DNA of 64,000 nt from Escherichia coli (GTDB lineage: Bacteria; Pseudomonadota; Gammaproteobacteria; Enterobacterales; Enterobacteriaceae). Of the stretch, positions 32,481-42,912 are shown piece by piece. The position numbers were made by a program, and so were the translations under genes. Below the pieces are notes generated by a model that had not been told where the DNA came from, searched no databases, and saw nothing but the letters and a program-made list of their open reading frames with translations. Location: the NCBI RefSeq assembly GCF_024298765.1, contig NZ_CP101211.1; one strand, 5' to 3'. Position 1 is the stretch's first letter, and the number at the start of each line of letters is the position of its first letter.

Positions 32481-34034
32481 TTAGTTTTCAACTAACTGAA
32501 CGACGACCAGCCTGCCGCCTTCCTCCTTTGACAGAACAAACTGAGCGTTATTCGTCAGTTCAATTTTTTCCCCAATGGCAATCTGTCGTTTATCCGGTAA
32601 TGACATAAGCCCATTTATGCCTTCATTTACTAACCACCACTGATCGTTATGGAAAACAAAATACCCAACTCGTTTCCTTTGTGCATCGGTTGTGCGCTCA
32701 TTTGGCGCAATGAGGCGATTCACATGCCACGCATAGATTGACTGCCCGCTCCACACCATCAACCGGTGGTCGTCAGGACGATAACTGCCTTCCTTTCGGG
32801 ATGAATATAAATTTAGAACCGGTAATTTACCCTTGTATGGCGTACCGCAGTAGGGACAAACCGGCTTTGTCTTACCTGAGAAAACGTACCATTTCTGTTC
32901 ACACGCCTTGTTCTGGCAGGGCTGTATCAGATCGACTGTTTTAACCAGGGCACTTTCCCACTCATCGGCGGTCGGGCGTTTATTGGCATCGTGTAAGCCA
33001 TCAATAAAGGCGCGTTCAAACAAAGGCGTCAAATAAGGGCCCATGATGGTGTAAGGAATTTTCTCCGGGTCAGCCCAGGGCAGTGAAAAGGAGGATAGCT
33101 GACTGACTTTGACTGCATTGCTTTTGTCTGTCGGATGTTCAATGAAGAGTGCCTTCTCACCCATAGATAAGGTCTCATCACGTACTTCATCCGACATGTC
33201 ATGTATTTTTCCGCCACGTAGCGGATGACGGAAGAACAGATACATGTAGATAAGCACCGACAGCGCATGACGGTCAGTAGAAATGCTTGGCAATACGCGG
33301 TTCGGATCCTCTTTGGAAAGATGGCTGGTTTTCACCACTTCCGGAGCGATAAAATCCGGGGTGCCCACGACGTCGGGAGGATACTTTCCAGGGACAACCA
33401 GGCCGTCTACGTCAATGATGCAGGCATGTCCCATTTCTGGATCGATAAGCACGTTTTTATAGCTTAGATCGCTGTGACAGAGACCTGCCGCATGCATCCT
33501 TCTGACGGCTCTTGTTAGCAGCAGACAGACCTTGAGATAGGTAAGCGTATTGCCTCGTTCACGTGGGTCGAGAAATTTATTCTGGTTGCTGGCGCTGGCA
33601 AACCATTTGCCTTCCTTTTCACGGCCTTTTATGCCAAGAAAATCATCGTTTTTAGAGCCGTATTTAAAGAAAAAGTAGCTTTTGTAGGTTGGAACCACGA
33701 TGCCGATTTTATCCCCATGCTCAACAACGTGGGTCGGCCAGCAAAACAGGTCCTTCCAGTATTCACCTCCGGACTGGCCAAAAATGTTTTGCCTGTAGCG
33801 TCCGGTGATCATATCAATCCGATCCCGGGCCTGCTCGTTCTGCGGTTTATGATAAAAAGCGACGACGTATGATTTATCAGGCGAGAAGTAAACATCCTTC
33901 ATCGAGCCCGAACCAATTACCTCGTCAACATACTGGACTGTTTCGCCGTCCTTTGTTTTGCACGTAACAATATTTGCCATATTGATCACCGAAGAAGCGT
34001 ATCCCTTACCACAACACCGCAATAGTGCGGTCAT
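32481..34034 (-). CDS. Ser/Thr protein kinase with C-terminal Zn-ribbon (kinase of the ter-linked kinase/phosphatase/vWA triad)
   Basis: Gly-rich loop GSGSMKDVY, catalytic loop HSDLSYKNVLID, DVDG, APE-like FIAPE; C-terminal CQNKAC..CPYC. Confidence 0.7.
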   Translation of the reverse strand: MTALLRCCGKGYASSVINMANIVTCKTKDGETVQYVDEVIGSGSMKDVYFSPDKSYVVAFYHKPQNEQARDRIDMITGRYRQNIFGQSGGEYWKDLFCWPTHVVEHGDKIGIVVPTYKSYFFFKYGSKNDDFLGIKGREKEGKWFASASNQNKFLDPRERGNTLTYLKVCLLLTRAVRRMHAAGLCHSDLSYKNVLIDPEMGHACIIDVDGLVVPGKYPPDVVGTPDFIAPEVVKTSHLSKEDPNRVLPSISTDRHALSVLIYMYLFFRHPLRGGKIHDMSDEVRDETLSMGEKALFIEHPTDKSNAVKVSQLSSFSLPWADPEKIPYTIMGPYLTPLFERAFIDGLHDANKRPTADEWESALVKTVDLIQPCQNKACEQKWYVFSGKTKPVCPYCGTPYKGKLPVLNLYSSRKEGSYRPDDHRLMVWSGQSIYAWHVNRLIAPNERTTDAQRKRVGYFVFHNDQWWLVNEGINGLMSLPDKRQIAIGEKIELTNNAQFVLSKEEGGRLVVVQLVEN

Positions 34035-35646
34035 CGTGGTTCCCTGTGGAGAAAAAGTTAAGCCAGTCGCCTAACCTCTCAGGCGCAATACTGGCGTCTG
34101 TAAGGACAGGGATGAGCTCATCAAGGAGACGGGTCCATTTTTCGTCACTGCGAAGCCCGTTATCTGTCTCAAACAGAGGGTCTGATACGCCATCTGTCAT
34201 GAGGATCAAGTGAGATACATCATTCCATTTACCCACGCTGATGCGGCCGCTAAACGAGGGGTCTGCGATAATGCTCTGGTCAAGAAAGCGGGTTTGTCCT
34301 GCGTATTCTCCGCTATCGGGATTTCCCAGTATCCTGACTTTACCGGAAGGGCTGTATGCACCTATCGCACCATCACCAAGCCAGAATGCAGCCGCAAACA
34401 GCTCGTTATCAGTTCGTAGCGCTACAGTTGCCAGTAGGGTTGTTGAATAGGATTTCACAGGTTGTTCTGCACAAATGGCTTCGTTCTGGATACTGTTGAC
34501 CGCGAGCGTAGCTGCCTGTTTAAAATGATGAAGCATGGCGTTTATGGTTGCCTGCTGATCGCTCCCTTCCCACGCCGTGATGTGCTGCTTTAGATGGACG
34601 CCTTTCAAACCACTGAGCTGATTGAAAAGGTAATCGCCAGCCGTTTGGACTGCAATCCGGGAGCCTTCCCGGGAATTTACCGCACTACCGGCCCCGTCTG
34701 CGACCAGCATGACAGACCATCCTGTTTCCTGGCAGTGGTTGATATAGAAGTCGTCATCTCTGAAGCTCCCGGCATGCTCATGAGATCGTCCCCGGCGACT
34801 GGCGGCAGCAATACGTATGTCACCCCTGACCAGGCCAGCAGCGTCCAGATGGGACTTAGGGTAGGAAGCGTCTGCTGGTGGCTCTACCACCTTCCACAGG
34901 CTTCTCGGATCGGGATTGACTATAAAAAGCTGTTTTGTTTCGCATTCGTCGTGCGAAGCGCATGACCAGAGTACTGAAAGCTCTATATCGCCGCTTTCGG
35001 TGGGTGTACCTGTCAGCAACTTATGCTCTTTGTCAAAGGTCAGGCCAATGTTCCTGGGAAAGACAACGTCCCTGACAGTAGCCTGCTGGCCCTCATCCAG
35101 AACTATAGCAACCGGCGAAGAGAAACGTTCGCCTGCGCGGGCGTTGGGAATAACTATTTTAGCTCTCGGGGGAACGGCAGGTGGCACAGCTAATCCGGCC
35201 CGCTGCTGGCCTGTCGGTATCTGCCCGGGTTTTAATACCAGGGAAGACAGGTTTTCGTCTTCCCTCTGTGCTGGTTTATCAAATTCGTAATAAGGCATCA
35301 GCTTCCAGAACGGAGGATGAGGTTCATTTTCTGGCAGGGGTTGCAGTAATGGTGTATCGGTAGCGTCAATGCCCGGGTTATCAGCATCACTTACGACCGT
35401 TTGTTGCTGATCGGAAAGGCTGGATGCTGACGAGGGGGCGATCTCTGCGTCGTTATAACCTTCGCTAACCCGCGCAGATAAACCCTGTGCAAGGCTCTCA
35501 ATCCGCTCTTTAAGCCGCATAATCTCTTCAGTAAGGGAAGGGTCGTGCGATAGAAGAAAAAGCCGCTCACCTTCTACAGGGTGGCCCAGCTCAGACAGCA
35601 CTAAGCGGATAATCTTCTCTTCAAGTAAAACATTTTGCGACATCAA
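34006..35646 (-). CDS. PP2C-family Ser/Thr protein phosphatase with long N-terminal extension
   Basis: PP2C-like blocks RGRSHEHAGSFRDDD, MLVADGAGS, LMTDGVSD; start overlaps end of the upstream vWA gene. Confidence 0.65.
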   Translation of the reverse strand: MMSQNVLLEEKIIRLVLSELGHPVEGERLFLLSHDPSLTEEIMRLKERIESLAQGLSARVSEGYNDAEIAPSSASSLSDQQQTVVSDADNPGIDATDTPLLQPLPENEPHPPFWKLMPYYEFDKPAQREDENLSSLVLKPGQIPTGQQRAGLAVPPAVPPRAKIVIPNARAGERFSSPVAIVLDEGQQATVRDVVFPRNIGLTFDKEHKLLTGTPTESGDIELSVLWSCASHDECETKQLFIVNPDPRSLWKVVEPPADASYPKSHLDAAGLVRGDIRIAAASRRGRSHEHAGSFRDDDFYINHCQETGWSVMLVADGAGSAVNSREGSRIAVQTAGDYLFNQLSGLKGVHLKQHITAWEGSDQQATINAMLHHFKQAATLAVNSIQNEAICAEQPVKSYSTTLLATVALRTDNELFAAAFWLGDGAIGAYSPSGKVRILGNPDSGEYAGQTRFLDQSIIADPSFSGRISVGKWNDVSHLILMTDGVSDPLFETDNGLRSDEKWTRLLDELIPVLTDASIAPERLGDWLNFFSTGNHDDRTIAVLW

Positions 35647-36683
35647 CCTCTCCCTCTGTTTACGTCGAAGTTAGTGTTTCCGCCATCATTGCTGAATGAC
35701 AGACCTGTTTCACACCACGGGCAGATCACGTCATCCGGGCCGTCAATGCACAGCAATTTTCCGCATGAGCACAGGGCAAACGCACTGGCATTACCGCAGT
35801 GAGGGCAACCCGGTACGCCATGCAGTTCGCTGGTGTTTACCTGCAAACCGGTAGCGGTGGCATCTGACCATGCAAAATAGTCTTCATCGATGGGATAGCA
35901 TCCGGCAATATTAAAGCTGTTCAGGTTCAGGCTGAAATCGAGCCCGGAAATCCTTGCTGGTGGCCGTTCATACTTCATCAGATACGGACGACGGGTCTTG
36001 CTGCAACGGCCGGTAAGCGTAACGCAGTTTTCGTCGTACGCTTTTACTGGCTCGTCCTTGGCCAGCCGGACTATGTATTCAGTCTGGCTGAGCTCAGGTT
36101 GTTTGTCGTCTCCGACGCTGCGGCTGTGCGCCGTAACCGAGGCTGTGATCCATTTGATGAAGCGGGTAAAGTCCCCTTCCTGAGACTCGGTGAACAGCAT
36201 GACATTCTCTGTCAGTTGCCGCAGGGTATTCAGGTCCGCTGACGGCCCCAGGCCAACGGCAATGAGATTCACTTTACTCGCGTAGTGATCCTTCCAGCGC
36301 TTCACTTCTGCGGTTGTGTCGTCAGTCGGACGTCCGTCGGTAAGGAGATACACGACGGGTTTCCAGTCGCCTTTAGCCTCATGAGTGGTTTTTCTGACCT
36401 GGGTATCAATTTGTACGGTCAGCTCACGCAATGCGGCCCCAAGGCTCGTACCGCCGCCAACGGGAAGGCGGGGAGGGTAGAACGAGGCAATTTCGTGAAG
36501 AGGTACAATCGTACGGGCTACACCGGCAAATGCGATTACCGAAACCCAGGCTGTTTCAAGTGCGTGTGGATCCTTTCTTAAATCTCCGATGATCATTTGC
36601 AGACCATCAGTCATTTTTTTCAGGTTTTCACCAATCATGGACTCTGAACAGTCCAGGACAAAAAACACGGGAAGGCGTCTCAT
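35643..36683 (-). CDS. vWA-domain protein with C-terminal Zn-ribbon (TerY-like member of the triad)
   Basis: Starts MRRLPVFFVLDCSESM (MIDAS DxSxS) with RBS gaggaaaatt; later LLTDGRPTDD; C-terminal CPHCG..CSCG..CPWC; the 414-aa track ORF has a spurious upstream extension. Confidence 0.65.
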   Translation of the reverse strand: MRRLPVFFVLDCSESMIGENLKKMTDGLQMIIGDLRKDPHALETAWVSVIAFAGVARTIVPLHEIASFYPPRLPVGGGTSLGAALRELTVQIDTQVRKTTHEAKGDWKPVVYLLTDGRPTDDTTAEVKRWKDHYASKVNLIAVGLGPSADLNTLRQLTENVMLFTESQEGDFTRFIKWITASVTAHSRSVGDDKQPELSQTEYIVRLAKDEPVKAYDENCVTLTGRCSKTRRPYLMKYERPPARISGLDFSLNLNSFNIAGCYPIDEDYFAWSDATATGLQVNTSELHGVPGCPHCGNASAFALCSCGKLLCIDGPDDVICPWCETGLSFSNDGGNTNFDVNRGRG

Positions 36684-36768
36684 AATTTTCCTCGTACGGC
36701 TGGTACGGCCAGCAGAAAACGTTGCTGTACAGAAAGGTGCTGCCCGGAAAGCAGCACCTTTCTGTCTG

Positions 36769-37410
36769 TCAGAGCACCAGCTGGATTTCTGGTGGAGGAG
36801 GGGGAAGGGTATCAGTTCCGTTATTGATCCCCGCGCTTGTGCTGCCGGAAGACACGCTGGCCGATACCCATTTAAAGAAACCTGCAAACGCGGTTGAATC
36901 TAGCGTCTCCAGAGACACAACCTTATCGGTGAGCTGTTTTAAGTGCTCATGGCCTGCTTTAGGACCAACGGCGCAGGCAATGATGGATCCGAATCCCCGG
37001 CCGCGAATCGCTTTTACCGCTTCACCGTACGCCAGGGCATCAGAAGGGGTTCCATCAGTCATCAGGAATACCAGAGGACGCCAGTCTCCTTTTGTATCAC
37101 CATCTGAGCGACGTACATCCCGTTCAACACACTGCATCAGACATTCAAGGGCAGCACCGGTGAACGTCCCGCCTGCGCTTGGCACAACGATGTCAGAAAA
37201 CTGGAAGTCTTCCAGCGGCGTGAGAGGAATGAACTCACGCGCCTCATTGTCATAGGTGATAATGGAGATATGAACGCTTTCGAGGGCGTAGGGATCCTGG
37301 CGAAGAGCGCTAAGCATCGCCTGAATTCCAACGTTAACGGAATGGATGGACTCACCGCGCATCGAGCCGGATGTGTCGATAACAAGGTAAACAGGCAGGC
37401 GGCGCATCAC
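36769..37410 (-). CDS. terY: Tellurite resistance vWA protein TerY
   Basis: 213 aa; MMRRLPVYLVIDTSGSM .. FLMTDGTPSD vWA/MIDAS; immediately upstream of terX. Confidence 0.7.
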   Translation of the reverse strand: MMRRLPVYLVIDTSGSMRGESIHSVNVGIQAMLSALRQDPYALESVHISIITYDNEAREFIPLTPLEDFQFSDIVVPSAGGTFTGAALECLMQCVERDVRRSDGDTKGDWRPLVFLMTDGTPSDALAYGEAVKAIRGRGFGSIIACAVGPKAGHEHLKQLTDKVVSLETLDSTAFAGFFKWVSASVSSGSTSAGINNGTDTLPPPPPEIQLVL

Positions 37411-38048
37411 ATGTAATTCCTCAGGTGCGAGACAAACGAATCTGATTCTGAAGGCTCACCAATTGCCCTGAGTTTCCAGCCTGTAGCCTCGCGTATCAGC
37501 TCGGCAAAAACCATGGAGCGCTGGCTGGCGAAGGCGGGTCCGCCAGAAAGATCGAATCGTGCCATTTCAATATTACGGGCATCTACTGCCCGGATGAAGG
37601 CATTCTGAACTTTACCAAAGTGCTGCTGGAGCTTTTCACCATTGTAGATCTGAACGATGAACACAATTTTCTCGTACTGAGCGTCAAGGGAATTCAGGCG
37701 CACAATAATTTGCTCATCGTCACCATCACCGGCTCCGGTTCGGTTATCGCCCGTCAGCCAGATATTTCCTGACTTATGGCGAAGGCTGTTGAAAAAGATG
37801 ATATCGCCATTCACAAGCGTTGGTTTACCATTTTCCACATTGCCGAGATCGGTCACCTTTCCGGCTGAATTACACAGGAAAGCGATCACATCAAGGTCGT
37901 ATTCTTCTTCTTTTTTACCAAAGATCCCGCCGAGGAAACCTTTCTTTTCCTCATTAATATCCCAACCCAGGCCGATAGTAACGGACGAGAGATCGTATTC
38001 ATTTTTTTTCAGGCTTACGCCCTGGCCTTTGCTCAGACTGACAGACAT
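37407..38048 (-). CDS. terX: TerD-family protein TerX
   Basis: 213 aa; [21 protein letters not shown] and GDNRTGAGDGDDE hallmark blocks of the TerD/TerZ/TerE family. Confidence 0.7.
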   Translation of the reverse strand: MSVSLSKGQGVSLKKNEYDLSSVTIGLGWDINEEKKGFLGGIFGKKEEEYDLDVIAFLCNSAGKVTDLGNVENGKPTLVNGDIIFFNSLRHKSGNIWLTGDNRTGAGDGDDEQIIVRLNSLDAQYEKIVFIVQIYNGEKLQQHFGKVQNAFIRAVDARNIEMARFDLSGGPAFASQRSMVFAELIREATGWKLRAIGEPSESDSFVSHLRNYM

Positions 38049-38070
38049 GACATCCCCTTAATTAATAAAA

Positions 38071-38709
38071 TTATAAGACCACGTTTACTTCTGGCGGCGG
38101 CGGTGGCAGGTCTTCAAGACCGATCACTTCTTTTTTGCTGGACTCCACTTTCTGACTGCCTACCGAAATGCTCGCACTGACCCATTTAAAGAAAGCTTTA
38201 ATCGTCGAACTGTCAGCTGTATCGAGCTGAACCACGATTTCAGTGATTTCTTTGAGGACGCTGGTATCGGCATCATGCCCGGCTGCACATGCCACAACAA
38301 CGCCGGTTCTGGCCGCTTTAAAGTCATTCAGGCCTTTACGCCAGTCATCATTCGGACTTCCATCCGTCATCAGGAATACAAGGGGACGCCAGTCACCTTT
38401 AGTGTCAGCCGTCGTTTTCTGTACTTCTTTGGCAATGGAGCTGGCCGTGAGGGAAAGCGCTTCGCCAAGAGAGGTGGTGCCGCTGGCTGTTAGTGCTGGC
38501 ATCTGGAAACTCAGGAGGTCTGTCAGGGGGACTGCCTGTCGGGCTGAAGAATCAAAGGTGATCACTGACACGTAAGCCGTTTCGAGTGCATACGGATCCT
38601 GTTTCAGCGTGGTAAGCAGCGTCTGAACGCCATTCTTAACCGCTTCGATAGGCTCTCCGTGCATAGAGCCGGACGTGTCGAGTAGCAGATATACGGGTAA
38701 GCGTCTCAA
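38071..38709 (-). CDS. terY: Tellurite resistance vWA protein TerY (second copy)
   Basis: vWA with RRLPVYLLLDTSGSM .. FLMTDGSPND; probable TTG start after RBS aaggaa giving ~212 aa (track ORF extends to 38790). Confidence 0.6.
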   Translation of the reverse strand: MRRLPVYLLLDTSGSMHGEPIEAVKNGVQTLLTTLKQDPYALETAYVSVITFDSSARQAVPLTDLLSFQMPALTASGTTSLGEALSLTASSIAKEVQKTTADTKGDWRPLVFLMTDGSPNDDWRKGLNDFKAARTGVVVACAAGHDADTSVLKEITEIVVQLDTADSSTIKAFFKWVSASISVGSQKVESSKKEVIGLEDLPPPPPEVNVVL

Positions 38710-39171
38710 ATGTAATTCCTTCTTAAGAGATCGGAAGAGGAGAGTAGTTTCAGGAAGAGGCCAGAGTTTGTAGATTTGATAAAACGGCACGACATCTGTC
38801 GGGTGGAGATTAAATACTCAGAAGCGGCATTAAAGAAATAAGTTAACCACCATTGAATTACCGACATGTGAATGGCCTCTTATCAGAGAAAAAAATTCAG
38901 ACCGTACTGGAATATAAATTTCTGAAAAAAACTCCGGCAAAAATAAACTTTCTTATGTATGAAAATCATCATACATCACAGATCTGCATGAATGGAGTGT
39001 AAATCGCCCAAAGATTGATGTGTAGCACAAGAGGATGTCAAGACACCAGGTTTTGTAGGCAGAAAGGCGCTGCTGACATTGCGGGAGGAGAATAGATCAA
39101 AACTCCGTCACGCAGATACAGAGGTGAAATATGACAAAACCGGGGTTTTCACCCCGGTCTGAGATTTAGCG

Positions 39172-39639
39172 TCAGGACTTTTTAGCGCTGTATTCTTTTA
39201 TCAGTTCATCAACGGAGTGCAGAGCCAGCTTCTCTACCGCTTCACTTCGGGTCGAGCCACTCAGCGCAGCCAGACGGTCAATTTTTCTTAAAATCCGCAT
39301 GCGTAGCGATAATGACACGGCTGTTTTTTTATCCTTATCGAGTACGACCTTCCCTGTGGACTCACCGGTTTTCAGTTCAGCATTCTGTGCGAGCGCTTCA
39401 TTCATCCGGCGAAGGGTCTTTTTATCCAGCTGGCCCGGATTAACGAGATGGTAGGAATGACCTGCCTTGCTGTATTTGATCTCCGCAGAATATGACTCGC
39501 GTAGCTCTTTGAGTGCCCGGGTTAATGTCGGCTCTGAGCATTCCAGACTGGTTATAATGTCGGCAGCGGAAACGGGCTTGCCGGTGCCCAGTAAGTTGGC
39601 AAGCTTAAAAATCCGGGCCTGTCTGGTATTTAATTGCAT
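39172..39639 (-). CDS. terW: Putative DNA-binding regulator TerW
   Basis: 155-aa basic ORF with HTH-like N-terminal segment, at the position terW occupies beside terY/terX in known ter islands. Confidence 0.5.
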   Translation of the reverse strand: MQLNTRQARIFKLANLLGTGKPVSAADIITSLECSEPTLTRALKELRESYSAEIKYSKAGHSYHLVNPGQLDKKTLRRMNEALAQNAELKTGESTGKVVLDKDKKTAVSLSLRMRILRKIDRLAALSGSTRSEAVEKLALHSVDELIKEYSAKKS

Positions 39640-39656
39640 CGTAAGATTTAGCCTGC

Positions 39657-40865
39657 TTAAAGGGTTAGTGGTTCAATAGGCTGAAAAATGAAGGTACTGC
39701 TCATCTTTCGAATAACCGGGTGATCGCCTAACGCTTCAACCGGATCAATGTGTTCTAAGCCTGCAAAATTTACTGACGACATCTGGCTGCGACTGCATTT
39801 GCAGGACAGGATATACTCATCCTCCAGATAGCCGGTCCGCTTACTGACCCGTTGCGTAAAGCCTGACACAATCACGTTGTCGAACGGTAGCGTATGTAAA
39901 ACGATACCGACCAGGCGGAACAAGCAGCCATGGACGTGGCGGGCATAGTTTTCGCGTACGGCTTTTTGCGTCATGGCTTTTTCCGTCAGCTCCGTGCCCC
40001 GGGCATTAACGCCGTAAATCTTATCAGGGAAATCTTCAATCTCAGCTAAATCAACATCCAGCAGGACTGCTGATAGCTCCGGCTTTACTTCAAATGCAAC
40101 AAGCGTTTCACGCGGCCATTCAGTTTCTGCCAGCACACCCGCCAGGTATGATTCGAAAAACGCGGCGTCTGTCCGGAACTGCTGCCGGGCATCTGCCTGA
40201 GCCGTGGCGAGCCGTTTTTCATGTTCTTCAGCCTCAAACTTCCAGTTTGCATACTGTTCGGCCCAGGCCGTCCGTTGTTGCTGGTACCGGTGCTGTCGAA
40301 GGGTATTCTCACGCTCCACATCAATCAGCTCCTGCTGCCACCGGCGAAGATTTTCGGCGTGGCGCTCAGCTTTAGCTGATTCCGATTCAAACCATTTACC
40401 CAGAAAACTAATGCCTTCGCTCTCGGCAGGCTTTTCCGGCAATGCAAGATAGTCTGGCTTTTCTGGACGCACCGGTGCCGGAACCTGAAAAGGCGACGTT
40501 CTGTTATGCAGGTATACTGCTTCCAGCTCTGCCCAGCTGATGCCTGTTTTAGGATCCGGCGTCAGCTCGTGAATATTACGGATTGCGGTCACCGCTGACA
40601 TGAGATCAGCGGCTTCCTCCTCAAGCGCCTGTCTGAGCCCCGGGTCGGTAGCCGTCCGGTTCCCACCTCCGGAACGCGCGGCCCGATCAAGCCGGGTACG
40701 GTAACTCAGCCCGGTACCGGGCAAGCCCAGATTGGCATAGGTCCCCCGGCTTCCAAAAGAAACAGAAGCACCTCTCGGCCCGACACTCAGGCTCGGTGCA
40801 CCGTTACTCAGGTTGAGGCGAACACCAGGAATAATGTTGATCGACTTTCTGAATCTGAACCCCAT
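39657..40865 (-). CDS. Hypothetical ter-associated protein with coiled-coil core
   Basis: 402 aa; N-terminus MGFRFRKSINIIPGVRLNLSNG..; central R/Q/E-rich helical region. Confidence 0.4.
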   Translation of the reverse strand: MGFRFRKSINIIPGVRLNLSNGAPSLSVGPRGASVSFGSRGTYANLGLPGTGLSYRTRLDRAARSGGGNRTATDPGLRQALEEEAADLMSAVTAIRNIHELTPDPKTGISWAELEAVYLHNRTSPFQVPAPVRPEKPDYLALPEKPAESEGISFLGKWFESESAKAERHAENLRRWQQELIDVERENTLRQHRYQQQRTAWAEQYANWKFEAEEHEKRLATAQADARQQFRTDAAFFESYLAGVLAETEWPRETLVAFEVKPELSAVLLDVDLAEIEDFPDKIYGVNARGTELTEKAMTQKAVRENYARHVHGCLFRLVGIVLHTLPFDNVIVSGFTQRVSKRTGYLEDEYILSCKCSRSQMSSVNFAGLEHIDPVEALGDHPVIRKMSSTFIFQPIEPLTL

Positions 40866-40875
40866 TATGATTTCC

Positions 40876-41835
40876 TTAATGATGCTGGGTCACGGTAAGT
40901 AATCTGATTCCATCAGCGCTTTGCTCGTTCTGTAACCCATAAAAACGAGCTCTGTCCAGAATGCCAGCCGCCCAGCGGCGATGTGTGGCGGGTTCACACA
41001 TTGCTCCCTGCGACTTAAACACGGCCTGGGTAGAGTTCAGGATCCGCAGAGCGTCAGAATGCTCACCCTGAGTGACCATCAGCGCGTTTTGAATGACCTC
41101 TATCTGACCCGGGTGAATGGCCGTTTTCCCAACAAGCCCATGTGCCATATCAAGAGCCAGCTCTCTGGCCATTACGGCATGATCGTCAATATGCTCACAT
41201 ACGGGCGCGGTCAGGGCAAAATCACGCGGGCCGAAGACCGAAACGAGCATTTTGATGACGTAGCCCATCGGGCTGTCATACAGCGTCAGGTCCCGGGGAC
41301 GGCGAAGCGACACAACGTTCATAAGATCGTTGCCGCCGATTCGAAGCGCAATAATGCGGTCGTGGCAGGGATGTTCCACCAGACGGGTGGCCAGCTCCCG
41401 CATCTGAACCACGTCAAAGACGTCTTCTGTTTCCAGCGTTGGCATCATGCACAGGTGAGTCCCGCCCATGATATCCCACCATTCAGCTAACGAACTGAGG
41501 GTAAATTTCGGCAACACAAACCCGTCGACAGCGGAAAGATCATAATGCGCTTTTAACCATCTGCCCATTTCGGCATGCCGGGGGCGAATGAACACCAGAG
41601 GCCAGTCATTTTTACCCAGGCTATGCATGCTGTTACTGAGCTCGTGCAGCAGGTGCTCCAGATTTTTGAGGGCGACGGGGATGTCTGCTTCACTGACAGC
41701 ATCCTCCAGGCAAATCACCAGAGAGCGCAAACCCGGGATTTTCCCGTGCAGGACGGCATCAGCAATATCTTCCCGTGTTGCAGGCATGTATAGCGTGGCT
41801 CCCAGATTCCAGGGAGAAAGACGATTTTTCATCAA
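40876..41835 (-). CDS. HpcH/HpaI aldolase / citrate lyase beta (CitE)-like TIM-barrel protein
   Basis: 319 aa; N-terminal LYMPATRED and later RIGGNDL blocks resemble the CitE family. Confidence 0.55.
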   Translation of the reverse strand: MMKNRLSPWNLGATLYMPATREDIADAVLHGKIPGLRSLVICLEDAVSEADIPVALKNLEHLLHELSNSMHSLGKNDWPLVFIRPRHAEMGRWLKAHYDLSAVDGFVLPKFTLSSLAEWWDIMGGTHLCMMPTLETEDVFDVVQMRELATRLVEHPCHDRIIALRIGGNDLMNVVSLRRPRDLTLYDSPMGYVIKMLVSVFGPRDFALTAPVCEHIDDHAVMARELALDMAHGLVGKTAIHPGQIEVIQNALMVTQGEHSDALRILNSTQAVFKSQGAMCEPATHRRWAAGILDRARFYGLQNEQSADGIRLLTVTQHH

Positions 41836-42911
41836 AGTACCTTCTTGATAATGGTTACAGCCCGATACTGGCCGAGGGTTCCCCCCATTTCTGTAACAAC
41901 TATTCCCTTTTCACGAGCAAGCCCTACAAGCAAGGCAACGTCCGGGTCGTCAATAGAACGCACAAATACATGGTCCGGTACCCGACGTAATACAGCCCGG
42001 GTTGCTTCAGCAATACCGGGTTTTATACGATTGACGCTGTCCACTTTAAATTCATCGGCCAGGAACGCGATAACGTCGCGACTTGTCTGCCATAAGATCC
42101 GGGCTGACTCCGTATTCCAGCTCAGGGGAGCGAGGGATGACGGGGTTAACTTCTTACGGAAATGAGCGACGGTATCGACAAGCATCCGGCTGCATTCGAA
42201 TTCACTGAGATGCTCGCAAACCATGCACCCGTGTAATCCTTCAGAGGACCACACTGACCGGGAGATCAGGCCTGACACCGGCGCACCCATGATGCCAAAA
42301 GGAATGAGCCAGTCATCATCACTGGCTGCAAGCCAGGAGCAGCCACAGGGATCGGCCAGGACAACCAGTCGCGGCTGCTCAGGATAGCCCGGGCGATCTT
42401 TCAGTGCGCGTACAAGCTCTCCGGTAATTGCGCCTTTACCTGTCCATCCGTCAACAAAGACAATACCGCTGGTACCATGCCGCTCTTCAATGACGTCGAG
42501 GGCTGCACCGTCAATTCCACGATCCCGGATAATGCTGATACCGTAATGCCATGAGGTTTTCCCCATGTCACGCAGGGCCTGGTGCAGCATAACGCCGAGC
42601 GGCACGCCAGCCCTGACAAGACTGGCCAGTACAATGGGCTCATCACCAAAGCGTTTGGCCAGAGCAATAGCGAGCTGTGTGACTTCTTTTGCAAGTCTCT
42701 CTGCGCCCCGATCCAGCGCCCGGTGAAACAAATCAAGATGCCATTGTGTTGGCGCTGGCTCCTGACTGAGCATGTCCGAATAATGTTTCTTCCCTGACTG
42801 AATCAGCTCTTCTTTTTGCTCAACCGGCGTCATCTCAATGACAACCGGCTTTAGCAGAAATTCCACGTCACCGGGCTGGTATGAGCCGGTAAATGTGTCA
42901 TGTGGCTGCAT
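41832..42911 (-). CDS. Ter-associated protein (family sometimes annotated cysteine protease StiP)
   Basis: ORF at the position of this family within ter biosynthetic modules; start set at internal ATG overlapping the HAD stop (track start 42977). Confidence 0.4.
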   Translation of the reverse strand: MQPHDTFTGSYQPGDVEFLLKPVVIEMTPVEQKEELIQSGKKHYSDMLSQEPAPTQWHLDLFHRALDRGAERLAKEVTQLAIALAKRFGDEPIVLASLVRAGVPLGVMLHQALRDMGKTSWHYGISIIRDRGIDGAALDVIEERHGTSGIVFVDGWTGKGAITGELVRALKDRPGYPEQPRLVVLADPCGCSWLAASDDDWLIPFGIMGAPVSGLISRSVWSSEGLHGCMVCEHLSEFECSRMLVDTVAHFRKKLTPSSLAPLSWNTESARILWQTSRDVIAFLADEFKVDSVNRIKPGIAEATRAVLRRVPDHVFVRSIDDPDVALLVGLAREKGIVVTEMGGTLGQYRAVTIIKKVL

Positions 42912-42912
42912 T

